From positions 32,001 to 96,000 of the forward strand of contig CAVYHE010000004.1 of NCBI GenBank assembly GCA_963768305.1: a stretch of DNA of 64,000 bases, read 5' to 3'. Below are positions 44,088 through 55,125 of the stretch, in pieces. The translations under genes were made by a program, and so were the position numbers. A model generated the notes under the pieces. That model searched no databases. It saw only the letters and a program-made list of their open reading frames with translations, and was not told the origin of the DNA. The number at the start of each line of letters is the position of its first letter. Within the stretch, counting starts at the first letter, position 1. The DNA comes from an uncultured bacterium. GTDB lineage: Bacteria > Margulisbacteria > WOR-1 > CAVSGV01.

Positions 44088-45184
44088 AGGAGATCAGACA
44101 TTTCGTTGAGATCAGCATTTCAAATATCCTTCATAATATTAAAGAGTTGAGATCTCTCCTTGCGCGCAAAGTTAAATTCATGGCTGTTGTGAAGGCTGAT
44201 GCCTACGGGCATGGAGCGGTCGCGGTTTCGAAAGCCATAGAAAACAAAGTTGACTGCCTTGCGGTGGCGACGCTTTCCGAGGCGCTCGAATTAAAAAAGG
44301 CCGGCATTAAAGCTCCCATCCTTCTTCTCAGCGAGACTCACTCGTCGAATGCGGTCGATATCGTAAAGAATGGGTTCATTCAAACGGTATATACATTGCA
44401 ATTGGCATCTGCCCTTTCCAGAGCGGCCAAAAAGCTCGGTAAAAAAGCAAGGGTCCATTTGAAGATCGATACCGGAATGGGAAGGGTGGGGATGCATTTC
44501 GGCGAGGCGGAGGAATTATTCAAAGCAATTTCAAGATTGCCGGATCTGAGGATCGAAGGCATTTTCACTCATTTCGCAGGCTCGGAAGAGATGGATGAGT
44601 TCACGGCTGAACAGCTGAAAAGGTTCAGGTCGTTCATATCAAAGATAGACCATGTCAGCTACATCCTGCACGCGGCGAACAGCGCGGCGGTCATCAATCA
44701 TCAGGCGAGCCATCTTGATATGGTAAGAGTGGGGCTTTCGATGTACGGAATTTATCCTCAAGGGATAAAAAAGCATATCGTGAACTTAAAGCCGGCGCTT
44801 CAATTCAAAACCCATGTCGTTTACCTGAAAAAAGTTCCCGCGGGCACGCCGCTGAGCTACGGCTCCACATATATAACAAAGCATCCTGCGAATATCGCCA
44901 CGCTGCCGGTGGGTTATGCCGACGGGCTTCCGCGGGCGCTTTCGAACAAAGGCGAAGTCTTGATAAGAGGCAAAAGATTTCCGATAGTTGGAAGGGTATG
45001 CATGGACCTGACGCTTATCGATGTCGGTGATTCGAATATCAAGGTCGGCGATGAAGTAGCCATCATCGGAAGCCAGGGAAAAGAAAACATTTCAGCCGAT
45101 GATATCGGGAAACTTGCGGATACCATCAGTTATGAGATAATTTGCGGGATAGGGAAAAGAGTGCCGAGGATATACAAACAATGA
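44084..45184 (+). CDS. alr: Alanine racemase
   Basis: AVVKADAYGHG, KIDTGMGRVG, HAANSA, GYADG, GRVCMD. Confidence 0.97.
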   Translation: MKEIRHFVEISISNILHNIKELRSLLARKVKFMAVVKADAYGHGAVAVSKAIENKVDCLAVATLSEALELKKAGIKAPILLLSETHSSNAVDIVKNGFIQTVYTLQLASALSRAAKKLGKKARVHLKIDTGMGRVGMHFGEAEELFKAISRLPDLRIEGIFTHFAGSEEMDEFTAEQLKRFRSFISKIDHVSYILHAANSAAVINHQASHLDMVRVGLSMYGIYPQGIKKHIVNLKPALQFKTHVVYLKKVPAGTPLSYGSTYITKHPANIATLPVGYADGLPRALSNKGEVLIRGKRFPIVGRVCMDLTLIDVGDSNIKVGDEVAIIGSQGKENISADDIGKLADTISYEIICGIGKRVPRIYKQ

Positions 45185-46725
45185 ATTACGTTCCTTTATA
45201 CAGAAAATGGCGGTCGCAGAACTTCGACGAGATAGTCGGGCAGGAGTTCATTGTCCAGACGCTGAAGAATGCCGTGAAGAGCGGAAGGGTCGCGCACGCT
45301 TATCTTTTCTCCGGGCCCCGCGGGACCGGAAAGACCAGCACGGCAAGGATACTGGCGAAAGCGCTCAACTGCGTTAACGGGCCGACCCCGAACCCTTGCG
45401 GCACATGCGACCAGTGCATGAAAATAAAGAACGGCCACGCTATCGATGTTATCGAGATCGACGCCGCTTCCAACAGGGGCATCGATGAAATAAGGAATTT
45501 GAGAGAAGGCGTCAGATACACTCCTGTTGAAGGCAGATACAAGGTCTACATCATCGACGAGGTCCACATGCTCACATCCGAGGCTTTCAACGCGCTTCTT
45601 AAGACGCTGGAGGAGCCGCCGGCGCACGCGGTATTCATTCTTGCCACGACCGAATCCCAGAAAGTTCCCGTGACGATCGCTTCCCGCTGCCAGAGGCTGG
45701 ACTTCAGGCGGCTTTCAAATCCGGAGATACTTTCCCAATTGAAAAAGATCGCTGATGCCGAAGGAATAAAGATCGACGATGCCGGCGCTTCCATGATCGC
45801 GAGGAATTCGGACGGTTCAATGAGGGACGCCATATCGCTGTTCGACCAGCTAATTTCTTTCAGCGGCAAGAGCATAAAGGCGGATGATGTGATTTCCGTC
45901 CTCGGCACGGCGAACACCGACGCTGTTTTTGAATTCGGTGAAGCGCTCGGCAAAAACGATGTCAATAAGCTTTTTGAGCTTGTGAACATTATGGCGTCTT
46001 CAGGAAGGAGCATTCCCCAGGCGACAAAAGATATCCTCCTTCACTTGAGGAATTTGATGTTCACCATACTGGGCAGCGATTCGGTCATCGAAGAATCTTC
46101 CGAACATCTTGCCAGATTGAAGGCCCAGGCAAGATTATTCACGCTTGATAAAATAAAAGAAATGATGAAAGTGTTTTCAAAAGCGGAAGTTGACATGAAG
46201 TGGCATCCGCAGGCGAGGCTGCTGCTGGAAGTGGCTGTCCTTGAGAGCTGCCAGGATCCCAAAATGCCGGAGAAAAAGATCGAAGAGCGGCAACCCCTCA
46301 AATTTGACAAGAAAGAAGAAAAGTCCGTTAAAACGTTCGATGAAAAACCGGCTGCAGCAAAGTTGGATGAGCCTGTCATCCAGAAACCGTCCGGCGAGGG
46401 CATCTCATCCATCAGGACAGGCTGGGATTCGGTGCTGAACGAGGTTAAAAAGAAAAGCATCCACGCTTACATCGCCCTTCACGAAGCCGATCCTTTCTCT
46501 TTGTCAGAGGGCAAGCTGGTCGTAAGGTTCAGGAAGGGTTTTGCTTTCCATAAATCAACTTTGGATGACGGACAGGCAAAGGATGTGGCAGAGGCGGCAT
46601 TGAAAAAGGTTTACGGCAGGGATATCAAGCTGGAAAGCATGATAGACGCGTCCGTTGCTTCTGCCGCGCAGGAAGAAATAGCGTCGAAGGCGGCCGATCT
46701 TTTCGGCGGCCAGGTGATATCTTAG
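45181..46725 (+). CDS. dnaX: DNA polymerase III subunit gamma/tau
   Basis: LYRKWR, GPRGTGKTS, EIDAASNRG, IIDEVHML, SRCQ. Confidence 0.97.
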   Translation: MNYVPLYRKWRSQNFDEIVGQEFIVQTLKNAVKSGRVAHAYLFSGPRGTGKTSTARILAKALNCVNGPTPNPCGTCDQCMKIKNGHAIDVIEIDAASNRGIDEIRNLREGVRYTPVEGRYKVYIIDEVHMLTSEAFNALLKTLEEPPAHAVFILATTESQKVPVTIASRCQRLDFRRLSNPEILSQLKKIADAEGIKIDDAGASMIARNSDGSMRDAISLFDQLISFSGKSIKADDVISVLGTANTDAVFEFGEALGKNDVNKLFELVNIMASSGRSIPQATKDILLHLRNLMFTILGSDSVIEESSEHLARLKAQARLFTLDKIKEMMKVFSKAEVDMKWHPQARLLLEVAVLESCQDPKMPEKKIEERQPLKFDKKEEKSVKTFDEKPAAAKLDEPVIQKPSGEGISSIRTGWDSVLNEVKKKSIHAYIALHEADPFSLSEGKLVVRFRKGFAFHKSTLDDGQAKDVAEAALKKVYGRDIKLESMIDASVASAAQEEIASKAADLFGGQVIS

Positions 46726-46782
46726 TCCCACCTCTCCATTTTTCCCTTGACAGCAATAAAAAAGGCATGTATATTTCATTCT

Positions 46783-47094
46783 ATGATATTCGGAAATATC
46801 GGCGACATGGTCGGCAAGGTCAAGAAAATGCAGGAAGACCTGAAGAGCGTCCAGAAAGAACTTTCGCAAACCACATTTGAGGAGAATTCAGGCGGCGTCA
46901 AAGTGGTCGTATCGGGCGATCTGGAGCTGCGCGAACTTAAGCTTGACCCGAAAATACTTGAGAACAATGATATCAAACGCATCGAATGGCTTATCTCCGA
47001 CGCTGTCGATAAAGCCTTTGCGACCGCGAAAAAAGAAGCGGCCATCAAATTAAAAAGGGTAACAGGCGGGCTTTCCATACCCGGCCTTTTCTAG
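46783..47094 (+). CDS. YbaB/EbfC nucleoid-associated protein
   Basis: [26 protein letters not shown]; dnaX-ybaB-recR synteny. Confidence 0.9.
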   Translation: MIFGNIGDMVGKVKKMQEDLKSVQKELSQTTFEENSGGVKVVVSGDLELRELKLDPKILENNDIKRIEWLISDAVDKAFATAKKEAAIKLKRVTGGLSIPGLF

Positions 47095-47102
47095 GCGGAA
47101 CC

Positions 47103-47700
47103 ATGTCATCCAGATATCCTGAGCCGATGGGCCGTCTTATTTCCGAGTTCACAAAAATGCCGGGCATCGGCCCGAAATCGGCGCAGAGGCTGGCTTTTTA
47201 CATCCTTCAGGCGTCGGAACAGCGATGTAAAAGAACTTATCAGCACATTGCAGGAAACGAAGAAAAAGGTCAGATATTGCTCGACCTGCTTCAATATTTC
47301 AGTGGAAGATCCCTGCGAGATATGCAGTGATACGAACAGGGACAAAAGCAAGATATGCGTCGTGGCTCTCTCTCAGGACCTGATTGCGATAGAGAAGACG
47401 AGAGAGTATAATGGTCTCTACCATGTTCTGGGCGGGGTCATCTCTCCGCTGGACGGTGTCGGGCCCGAGAACCTGAGGATAAAAGAATTACTTAAGCGGC
47501 TGAAGGATGTAAAAGAGGTGATCCTGGCGCTTAATCCTACTGTGGAGGGGGAAGCGACGGTCATCTATTTGACAAAACTTTTGAAGCCGCTGGTAACTGT
47601 CACCCGCATAGCATACGGTCTGCCGGTCGGCAGCGACATGGATTACGCGGACGAGGTCACGCTCACAAAAGCATTTGAAGGAAGGCGAGAAGTCTCTTGA
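47103..47700 (+). CDS. recR: Recombination mediator RecR; indel near 47222
   Basis: [17 protein letters not shown]...[25 protein letters not shown]. Confidence 0.95.
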
Positions 47701-48380
47701 ACTGGTATCTAGATACATTATATACATTGATATTAAGGCCGATACTTTTCTATCAGCGCATGCCGAAAGGCACCTGGCGCGAGGAGCCTCTTTCATTCGC
47801 CATGATCACCGGCTGGGTGATAGCCATCACTCTTACGATCGTATTTTTCATAAACAGTTATATTCCAACAGGATTAAGCCTTATTGAAGGCATTTCTGGG
47901 CGGAAGCTTATAATAGTGATCCCTGTCCTTTCTGTGATGGGGATCGCGTTCTTTGCAATGACAGCCCTCATACTTGGGGGCATATTCATTTGCGCGGTGA
48001 TCGGATTGATGTTCTTTTGCGCCGCCATCCTGAATTTCCTGCTTTTGCTTTTGGGCGGAAAAGGGAATTTTTCCGAAGTATTTAAGGCTTCGCTTTTTTC
48101 CAGCGGCGTCTTTCTTTCCGGTTTGCTTAACATATTATTGATGTTGCCGGTAAAGCACAAACTGATGGCATTTTCTGACTGGATCAACGGAGAAAGGGTT
48201 ATTTTTTATTGTTCCGCGGTATTCTTGTACGGGCTTTTCAGCATTCTCGGAAGGAAAACGCACAACCTGCCAAGATGGAAAGCTTTTCTCGCAGCATCGA
48301 TCCCGTTCATCATTCTGGTAGCACTGAATATCGTAATATCCGCGAAGGTCCTGCCGAAGCTGGCTGGGATATTAGGGTAA
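47697..48380 (+). CDS. Membrane protein, possibly YIP1 family
   Basis: LILRPILFY start; about 5 TM segments; GGKGNF; LPRWKAF. Confidence 0.6.
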   Translation: MNWYLDTLYTLILRPILFYQRMPKGTWREEPLSFAMITGWVIAITLTIVFFINSYIPTGLSLIEGISGRKLIIVIPVLSVMGIAFFAMTALILGGIFICAVIGLMFFCAAILNFLLLLLGGKGNFSEVFKASLFSSGVFLSGLLNILLMLPVKHKLMAFSDWINGERVIFYCSAVFLYGLFSILGRKTHNLPRWKAFLAASIPFIILVALNIVISAKVLPKLAGILG

Positions 48381-48393
48381 TTAAGGAGGAGAA

Positions 48394-48975
48394 ATGGCGA
48401 AGAACGAGATTGTTGAGATAAGATGGCACGGAAGGGGAGGCCAGGGAGCGAAAACAGCGGCGCTCCTTTTCGCGGACGCCGCGCTTTCTGAAGGAAAATT
48501 CATCCAGGCATTCCCTGAATACGGCCCCGAAAGGATGGGAGCGCCGGTCCAGTCGTTCAACAGGCTTTCGGACGGGCCCATAACCCTTCACTGCGCGATC
48601 AAGAACCCGAAATATGTGATTGTCCTCGATCCGACATTGATAAGCAGCGTGGACGTCCTTGCGGGCGTTCCCGCCGACGGAAAGATCATCATTAATACCA
48701 GCAAAACTCCGGCAGAGATCAAAGGCGAGCTGAAGAACAAGGACGTTAAGGTTTATACCATCGATGCGTCCAAGATAGCGAAGGAGACCATGGGAAGGGA
48801 CATCCCGAACACGCCCATGCTTGGCGCCATGGCCAATGCGACAAAGCTCCTGGATTTTGAAAGGCTCTTGAAGGACCTGGAGATCAAATTAAAAAAGAAA
48901 TTCGCTTCAAAGCCCGAGATAGTTGAGGGCAACTTGAAAGCTGTGAGACGCGCTTATGAGGAGGTAAAGAATTAA
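48394..48975 (+). CDS. porC: Pyruvate:ferredoxin oxidoreductase gamma subunit
   Basis: EIRWHGRGGQG, FPEYGPERMGAPV, NTPMLGA. Confidence 0.92.
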   Translation: MAKNEIVEIRWHGRGGQGAKTAALLFADAALSEGKFIQAFPEYGPERMGAPVQSFNRLSDGPITLHCAIKNPKYVIVLDPTLISSVDVLAGVPADGKIIINTSKTPAEIKGELKNKDVKVYTIDASKIAKETMGRDIPNTPMLGAMANATKLLDFERLLKDLEIKLKKKFASKPEIVEGNLKAVRRAYEEVKN

Positions 48976-49272
48976 ATGGCCGAACTGATGAACTGGAAGC
49001 AACTGAAAAAAGGCGACGTGCTGGAAGCCGGCACGGCCGATAAATTCGAAACCGGCGACTGGAGGAGCAGGAGGCCCATCTGGCATCCGGAGATATGCAT
49101 CCAATGCCTCTTCTGCTGGATCCATTGTCCCGATTCATCCGTTACTGTGGACAAGACAACATCAAAAATGACGGGGTTCGATCTGAAGCACTGCAAAGGC
49201 TGCGGCATATGCGCCGAAATATGCCCGGTAAAGCCGAATAAGGCCATCACAATGGAAGGGGAGGAAAAATAA
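48976..49272 (+). CDS. porD: Pyruvate:ferredoxin oxidoreductase delta subunit (2x4Fe-4S)
   Basis: TGDWR, CIQCLFCWIHCP, CKGCGICAEICP. Confidence 0.93.
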   Translation: MAELMNWKQLKKGDVLEAGTADKFETGDWRSRRPIWHPEICIQCLFCWIHCPDSSVTVDKTTSKMTGFDLKHCKGCGICAEICPVKPNKAITMEGEEK

Positions 49273-49273
49273 C

Positions 49274-50457
49274 ATGCCAATAGTACGCAAAAACCGGAAA
49301 TGAAGCTATGGCGGAGGCGATGCGCCAGATAAATCCCGACGTTGTCGCCGCTTATCCGATAACTCCCGCCACGGAAATAGCGATGATATTCGCGCAGTTC
49401 GTCGCGGACGGCCTGGTGGACACGGAATTCGTCGCAGTTGAATCCGAGCATTCCGCGATGAGCGCCACGCTTGGAGCTTCCGCAGCGGGAGCAAGGGCAA
49501 TGACAGCCACATCATCGCAGGGACTTGGCATTAATGTACGAGATACTTCCCATTGCGTCGGCGCTGAGGCTTCCGATAGTGATGCCGGAAGTCAACCGGG
49601 CGATATCCGGCCCCATCAATATCCACTGCGACCACAGCGACACGATGGCCGCCAGGGATTTTGGCTGGATCCATATTTTCTCGGAGAATCCGCAGGAAGC
49701 TTACGATAATATCCTTCAGGCGGTAAAGATAGCCGAAGATACAAGAGTAAGGCTGCCGGCCATGGTGACGACCGACGGGTTCATAATCAGCCACTGCATG
49801 GAAAAGATAGAGACGATCGACGACGAGAAAGTTAAAGAATATATCGGCGAATTCAAGCCGGAATATTCCCTGCTTGACATGGACAAGCCGATCACGGTCG
49901 GCGCGCTGGACCTTCAGGATTATTATTTCGAGCACAAATACGCCGTCGCGGAGGCCATGAGGGGCGCGAAAGAAGTGATCGAAGAGGTCGGCAAGGATTT
50001 TGGAAAAAAATTCGGCAGAGAATATAAGCTCTTCGAGGAATATAAACTTGATGATGCGGATATCGCGATAGTCGCGCTCGGTTCCACGGCCGGCACGGCG
50101 AAGAGCGTCGTGGATGACCTCCGGATCAAAGGTATCAAAGCGGGGCTTCTAAAGCTGCGGGTTTTCAGGCCGTTCCCGTACGAAGAGATGGTGAAAGCGC
50201 TCTCAAAGATAAAAGCGGTGGCGGTGTTGGACAGGAGCGACACGTTCAGTTCCATGGGCGGGCCGTTGTTCACGGAAATAACGTCCGCACTGTATGATTC
50301 CCCGGTAAAGCCGAAAATGGTCAATTATGTTTACGGCCTGGGAGGCAGGGATATTTCCACGGAGGAGATCGACGGCGTTTACAGGGAGCTGCAGGAGATC
50401 GTCAAGACCGGCAAGGTCAAAAAGGCCTATAATTATCTGGGAGTGAGGGGAATATAA
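49274..50457 (+). CDS. porA: Pyruvate:ferredoxin oxidoreductase alpha subunit; indels near 49285 and 49525
   Basis: [42 protein letters not shown]. Confidence 0.92.
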
Positions 50458-51380
50458 TGGCCAATATAAAAGAAATGGCGAAACAGGAAGAGAGACTGAC
50501 GGGCGGCCACCGCGCGTGCGCGGGATGCGGGATCCCGATAATCGTCAGGCAGGTAATGCATTCGATAAAAGACCCGGTGGTGGTGGGATGCGCGACAGGA
50601 TGCCTGGAAGTAGTCACTACAATATATCCTTTTACGGCGTGGAACGTCCCGTTCCTGCACAACGCCTTTGAGAATTCGGCCGCCACGGTATCCGGCATGG
50701 AGACGGCGTACAATGCCCTGAAGAAAAAAGGCAAGATAAATAAAGAGATAAAGTTCGTGGCTTTCGGCGGCGACGGCGGCACATACGATATAGGATTCCA
50801 GTCGCTTTCCGGCGCGATGGAGAGAGGCCACGACATGCTTTATGTCTGCTACAACAACGAGGCCTACATGAACACCAGCGTTCAAAGGTCCAGCGCCACG
50901 CCGATGGGAGCGAACACGACAACGGCCCCCGCCGGAAAAGTGAAACAGGGCAAGGAACAGTTCAGAAAAAATCTGACCGAGATAATGGTCGCGCACGAGA
51001 TCCCTTATGTGGCCCAGGCGGCTGTGGGGGACTGGATGGACCTTACGAGGAAGATAGAAAAAGCCATGACCATCAAAGGGCCGAAATATATAGGCGTCCT
51101 CCAGCCGTGCCAGCTCGGATGGGGATATCCGATGGAAAAGACCGTTGAAATGGGCAAGCTGGCGATCGACACCTGCATGTGGCCGCTTTATGAGGTTGAG
51201 AACGGCAAATACAAATTGACATATAATCCAAAGGTCAAAAAGCCCGTCACCGAATGGATGAAGCCCCAGGGCAGGTTCAGGCATCTTTTCAAACCAGGCA
51301 ACGAAGCCATACTGGAGAAGATCCAGGCAAATGTTGATAAGCATTGGAATGAACTTCTGATAAAATGCGGGGTCCAATAA
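50457..51380 (+). CDS. porB: Pyruvate:ferredoxin oxidoreductase beta subunit
   Basis: GHRACAGC, ATGCLE, GGDGGTYDIG, NNEAYMNT, QGRFRHL. Confidence 0.94.
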   Translation: MANIKEMAKQEERLTGGHRACAGCGIPIIVRQVMHSIKDPVVVGCATGCLEVVTTIYPFTAWNVPFLHNAFENSAATVSGMETAYNALKKKGKINKEIKFVAFGGDGGTYDIGFQSLSGAMERGHDMLYVCYNNEAYMNTSVQRSSATPMGANTTTAPAGKVKQGKEQFRKNLTEIMVAHEIPYVAQAAVGDWMDLTRKIEKAMTIKGPKYIGVLQPCQLGWGYPMEKTVEMGKLAIDTCMWPLYEVENGKYKLTYNPKVKKPVTEWMKPQGRFRHLFKPGNEAILEKIQANVDKHWNELLIKCGVQ

Positions 51381-51396
51381 AGATAAAGGGATTTGT

Positions 51397-51520
51397 TGAA
51401 TATTGGGGAGTAGCCCCGATGAAATCGGGGCGTTGAGGGGCTTGCCCAGCAAGTTTAATGAATATAGGGGAGTAGCGAAGCCGATTGAATCGGCGGAGCG
51501 CTGAGGGGATTTCCCCTCAG
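51397..51520. repeat. Two tandem imperfect copies of a structured ~60-nt element
   Basis: tgaatat(t/a)ggggagtagc...ccgat..aatcgg...gcg(t/c)tgagggg..ccc at 51397-51452 and 51459-51520, each with internal hairpins. Confidence 0.65.
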
Positions 51521-51564
51521 AGAAACAAAGTTGTGGCAACGTAAGAACAAGGAGGTGAAGCTCA

Positions 51565-51852
51565 ATGAACCAGAAACAGCTTGCGAACAAGGTCGTGTCA
51601 AGGCTTGCCGGCAGCAAGGTGAAAAAAGTGATGGCAGAGAAGATATTCGAGGAATCGCTGAACGTCATCACGGAAGCGCTGTCGAAAGGCGAAAAGGTCC
51701 GGCTTGTAGGATTCGGTAATTTCTTGGTAAGGACCAGAGCTTCCAGGGTGGGAAGGAACCCGCAGACAGGAGCGCAGATAAATATCCCGCAGTCCAAGTC
51801 TCCTGCTTTTGTGCCGGGAATAAATCTTAAGAAGGCGGTCAAAGGAAAATAA
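51565..51852 (+). CDS. hup: HU family DNA-binding protein
   Basis: [24 protein letters not shown]. Confidence 0.93.
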   Translation: MNQKQLANKVVSRLAGSKVKKVMAEKIFEESLNVITEALSKGEKVRLVGFGNFLVRTRASRVGRNPQTGAQINIPQSKSPAFVPGINLKKAVKGK

Positions 51853-51856
51853 ATTA

Positions 51857-53417
51857 ATGCCAAAGACATCAAAGGGCCCGGCCCTGAAGGGCGATTCTTC
51901 AGGGCAAGTTTTCGATGACCTTGGGCTTCTCTTCGACAGTACTGCCTCCAAGGATAAAATCCGCTTTTGAATTACGTTCCAATCTTTCGGAGATGATAGA
52001 AATAGTGCTTGATCTGGGGAAATCTCCCGAGATCAGGTTCTCAGGCGGGAATGTCATTTATGCCGAAGACACTTCCGTTGCCGACGAGGACATAAAATAC
52101 GTGACCGGGAAGGTGGGCGAATTCACTTCCGATAACAGGGCCGGAATCGAAAGGACTCTTCACAGGATATCCGCTATAAGGAACAGGCACGGGAAGATAA
52201 TAGGCTTAACGCTGAGGCTTGGCCGCGCGATATTCGGGACCATCGACATCATTCGTGACATTATCGAATCAGGGAAAAACATCCTTTTTATGGGGCCTCC
52301 CGGCATCGGAAAGACCACAAAACTGAGAGAAGCTGCCAGGGTCCTTTCTGACGAGTTCCAAAAACGCGTGATCGTTGTGGATACTTCAAATGAGATCGGC
52401 GGGGACGGGGATATCCCGCATCCGGGGATAGGGCGGGCGCGCAGGATGCAGGTATCTTCTCCCGACAAACAGCATGCCGTGATGATCGAAGCGGTCGAGA
52501 ATCACATGCCGGAAGTAATAATCGTTGATGAGATCGGGACCGAAGCTGAAGCCGCGGCCGCAAGGACGATCGCCGAAAGAGGAGTTCAGCTCATCGGCAC
52601 GGCGCACGGGATAATCCTTGAAAATATTCTTAAGAATCCGACTTTGTCGGACCTTGTCGGCGGGATTCAGACGGTCATTCTCGGCGATGACGAGGCGAGG
52701 AGACGCCACACGCAAAAAGCCGTCCTTGAAAGGAAAGCGCCGCCCACGTTCGATATCGCCATTGAGATCCGTGAAAAAGACAAATTCGCCATTTACAAGG
52801 ATGTTTCCTCCGCTATCGACAAGTTATTGCGGGGAGCGGAGCCGGAGCCGGAGATAAGGGTAAGGACTCCGGACGGAAAGATAGAGATAAAGGAAGCGCC
52901 GAAGGAAATGCCTGAATTCACTCATGAGGAAGAGCTCCAGTCCGAGCTCAAGAAGGAAAGAAGCATCCTCAGGATATATCCTTTCGGCGTGAACAAGGGA
53001 TTGATAGAGAGGGCGATAGTGGCGATGCGCATCCCGGCGGCAGTCGCGGATAACATGGGTGATGCGGATATCCTCCTTACCGTGAGATCAAAATCGAGGC
53101 CCGGCACAAAAATAATGGAAGCCGCGCAGGAGCACCAGCTGCCTGTCCATGTGATAAAGAAGAACGTCTCGAACCAGATAAATAAATTCCTCAGATATTA
53201 TTTCAAGGTCGGGGGAGCGGATGAATCGGAAGAAATAGCATTAAGAGAGGCGGAGGAGGCTATCAGGCAAGTTTTGAATTCAAAAAAATCGATCGACCTC
53301 AGCCCGCAGAACGCTTACTTAAGAAGGCTTCAGCATCAGCTTGTTGAAGAGCGAAGGTTAAGGTCGGAGAGCGTTGGCGAAGAACCGCGAAGAAGGCTTA
53401 GGATATATCCCGCGTAG
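51857..53417 (+). CDS. Ycf45/SpoIIIAA-like AAA+ ATPase with C-terminal R3H domain; indel near the 5' end
   Basis: [50 protein letters not shown]. Confidence 0.9.
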
Positions 53418-53422
53418 GTTTA

Positions 53423-54163
53423 TTATTTCTTTTGTATATACACGCCCGGATTTAGCTTTGATGTATTTGGCACGGCCCTGCCGGTGATGTCGAACATTTT
53501 CGCTGATGGATCGATCTTGCTGTTCGCGCCAATGAGGATCCTCGTTGGCTTTGAAATGATTTTAGCTTTTTCAGTACCGTTTGCTTTCTTTAAGTTCTGG
53601 TTAACTCCGGTAGAAACCTGGTTAATGAAACACTGCATAAATTCATAAGGCTCTTGCATTCCGGGAACAGCCGCAGTATCACTAGATGAATTCTTGCTGT
53701 GCCACGTGTATTTAATATCACTTAACATAGTTTGTAAACATGAGCCATACAGGGAATCTCCCGGCATATAATTTGCGTTGACGGGTGCCACTAACCGGGC
53801 TACATTAATATTTTTTGTTCCCAGGTCCAGGGTCATGTGCACACTGCCGGCGATCATGCAGGTATCAATGGATTGTTGTGTATTGTAATACTGTATTTGA
53901 AGCATATATTTGGTCGGGTCAGCGCCACCCATTGGTCCGACATACACTTTATAAGATTCAAAACCGCATCGGATCGGATAGGTATAATCCCTGCTTCCTG
54001 CAGCCTCATAAAGCGGCATGCATGGCAGAAGGTCAGGGTTAATGGCGGATATCGGAACCCGATCTCCGATCGCTAACGCTTTTCTCAAGTTTTCCGTTTT
54101 CGCAGCGCCCGAACTATAAGTTGCTGAATTTGAGCTAACTGGTAATGCGCTTAATGTGCTCAA
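53423..54163 (-). CDS. Hypothetical protein (orphan paralog A)
   Basis: Intact 246-aa ORF; Ser-rich N-terminus; C-terminus KIDPSAKMFDITGRAV...PGVYIQKK shared with the upstream paralog. Confidence 0.7.
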   Translation of the reverse strand: MSTLSALPVSSNSATYSSGAAKTENLRKALAIGDRVPISAINPDLLPCMPLYEAAGSRDYTYPIRCGFESYKVYVGPMGGADPTKYMLQIQYYNTQQSIDTCMIAGSVHMTLDLGTKNINVARLVAPVNANYMPGDSLYGSCLQTMLSDIKYTWHSKNSSSDTAAVPGMQEPYEFMQCFINQVSTGVNQNLKKANGTEKAKIISKPTRILIGANSKIDPSAKMFDITGRAVPNTSKLNPGVYIQKK

Positions 54164-54181
54164 TTTATTCTTCTATTTTAT

Positions 54182-54977
54182 TTATTTTTGTATTATGTAC
54201 AAGCCCGGAGTTACTCTTGAAGCATTCCGTACGGCCCTGCCGGTGATGTCGAACATTTTCGCCGACGGATCGATCTTGCTGTTCGCATTAATAAATATTT
54301 TTGTTTTTCCAAAAGCAGGCCTGGATATTACAGCGGCATTCTTTTCTTTCGGAGGTTCTTTAACGCTTGTTCTGGCAGCAATGCATTCCATAAATTCATA
54401 TGGTCTTTCCGCCTCCGGGATAGTTGAGGTATCTATAATACCTACTGGCGGGATCGAATGTGTCATATTTCCAGATTTCATGTATATTGTAAGCTGCGAA
54501 ATTTACATATTCGTTCCAAGTAGTATCTGCAGGATGCAAAATGGTATCTGATGTCATTGTGTAGCCGTTTGAGAGTGTGGAATCGTCTATGAAGTTAATT
54601 ACTATAGTATGAAGGTCCTTTGTTCCTAAATCCAGATCCACTCTCTGATATTGAACCTTATGGTGAGTTTTAGCAACCAATTGGGAATTATAGCTTTGTT
54701 CGCTCAATACGTATCTGGTTGAGTCGGAAGTCATCGGTTGGATCTTTATGTTAAAATTATAAGGCCATAAATTATTTGGATTGATTTGATAATATCTGGT
54801 GGCGTCTGTGACAAAAAGCGGTCCGCAAGATTGAAAGTCAGGATTTATGGCTGATGTCGGGACCGTATCGCCGATCGCCAGGGTCTTTCCCTGTTTTTCT
54901 GTTTTGCTAATCTCCTGTTTTTAACATTGTTTGAACCATTGTTAACTAGAACTGAACCAATTGATTGGTGTACTCAT
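54182..54977 (-). CDS. Hypothetical protein (orphan paralog B), broken by at least three indels
   Basis: GGAGG RBS and ATG at 54977; reconstructed KTEKQGKTLAIGDTVPTSAINPDFQSC...MTSDSTRY...PYEFMEC...KIDPSAKMFDITGRAV...PGLYIIQK is collinear with paralog A. Confidence 0.7.
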
Positions 54978-55044
54978 TTTATTTTCCTCCTTTATTTACT
55001 GATCAACCTTCTTCCCGTTGGTTGATCCTTCCTCATACATATAT

Positions 55045-55075
55045 ATATCGACAAGAATTATGAAAAATTTCACTT
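55045..55075 (-). promoter_or_regulatory. Sigma-28-type promoter AAGTGAAA-N15-GTCGATAT
   Basis: Same boxes and 15-nt spacer as at 7557 and 59426. Confidence 0.7.
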
Positions 55076-55125
55076 TTTCTTGTTCTGGCTACCCCTGTCT
55101 TTTTATGCTAAAATCTTTAAGTTTT

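Noticed and set aside
45181..46725. Programmed frameshift in dnaX or in the broken genes
   Set aside because: dnaX is intact and I saw no clear slippery site with a stimulatory structure. Breaks elsewhere are too many and too random.
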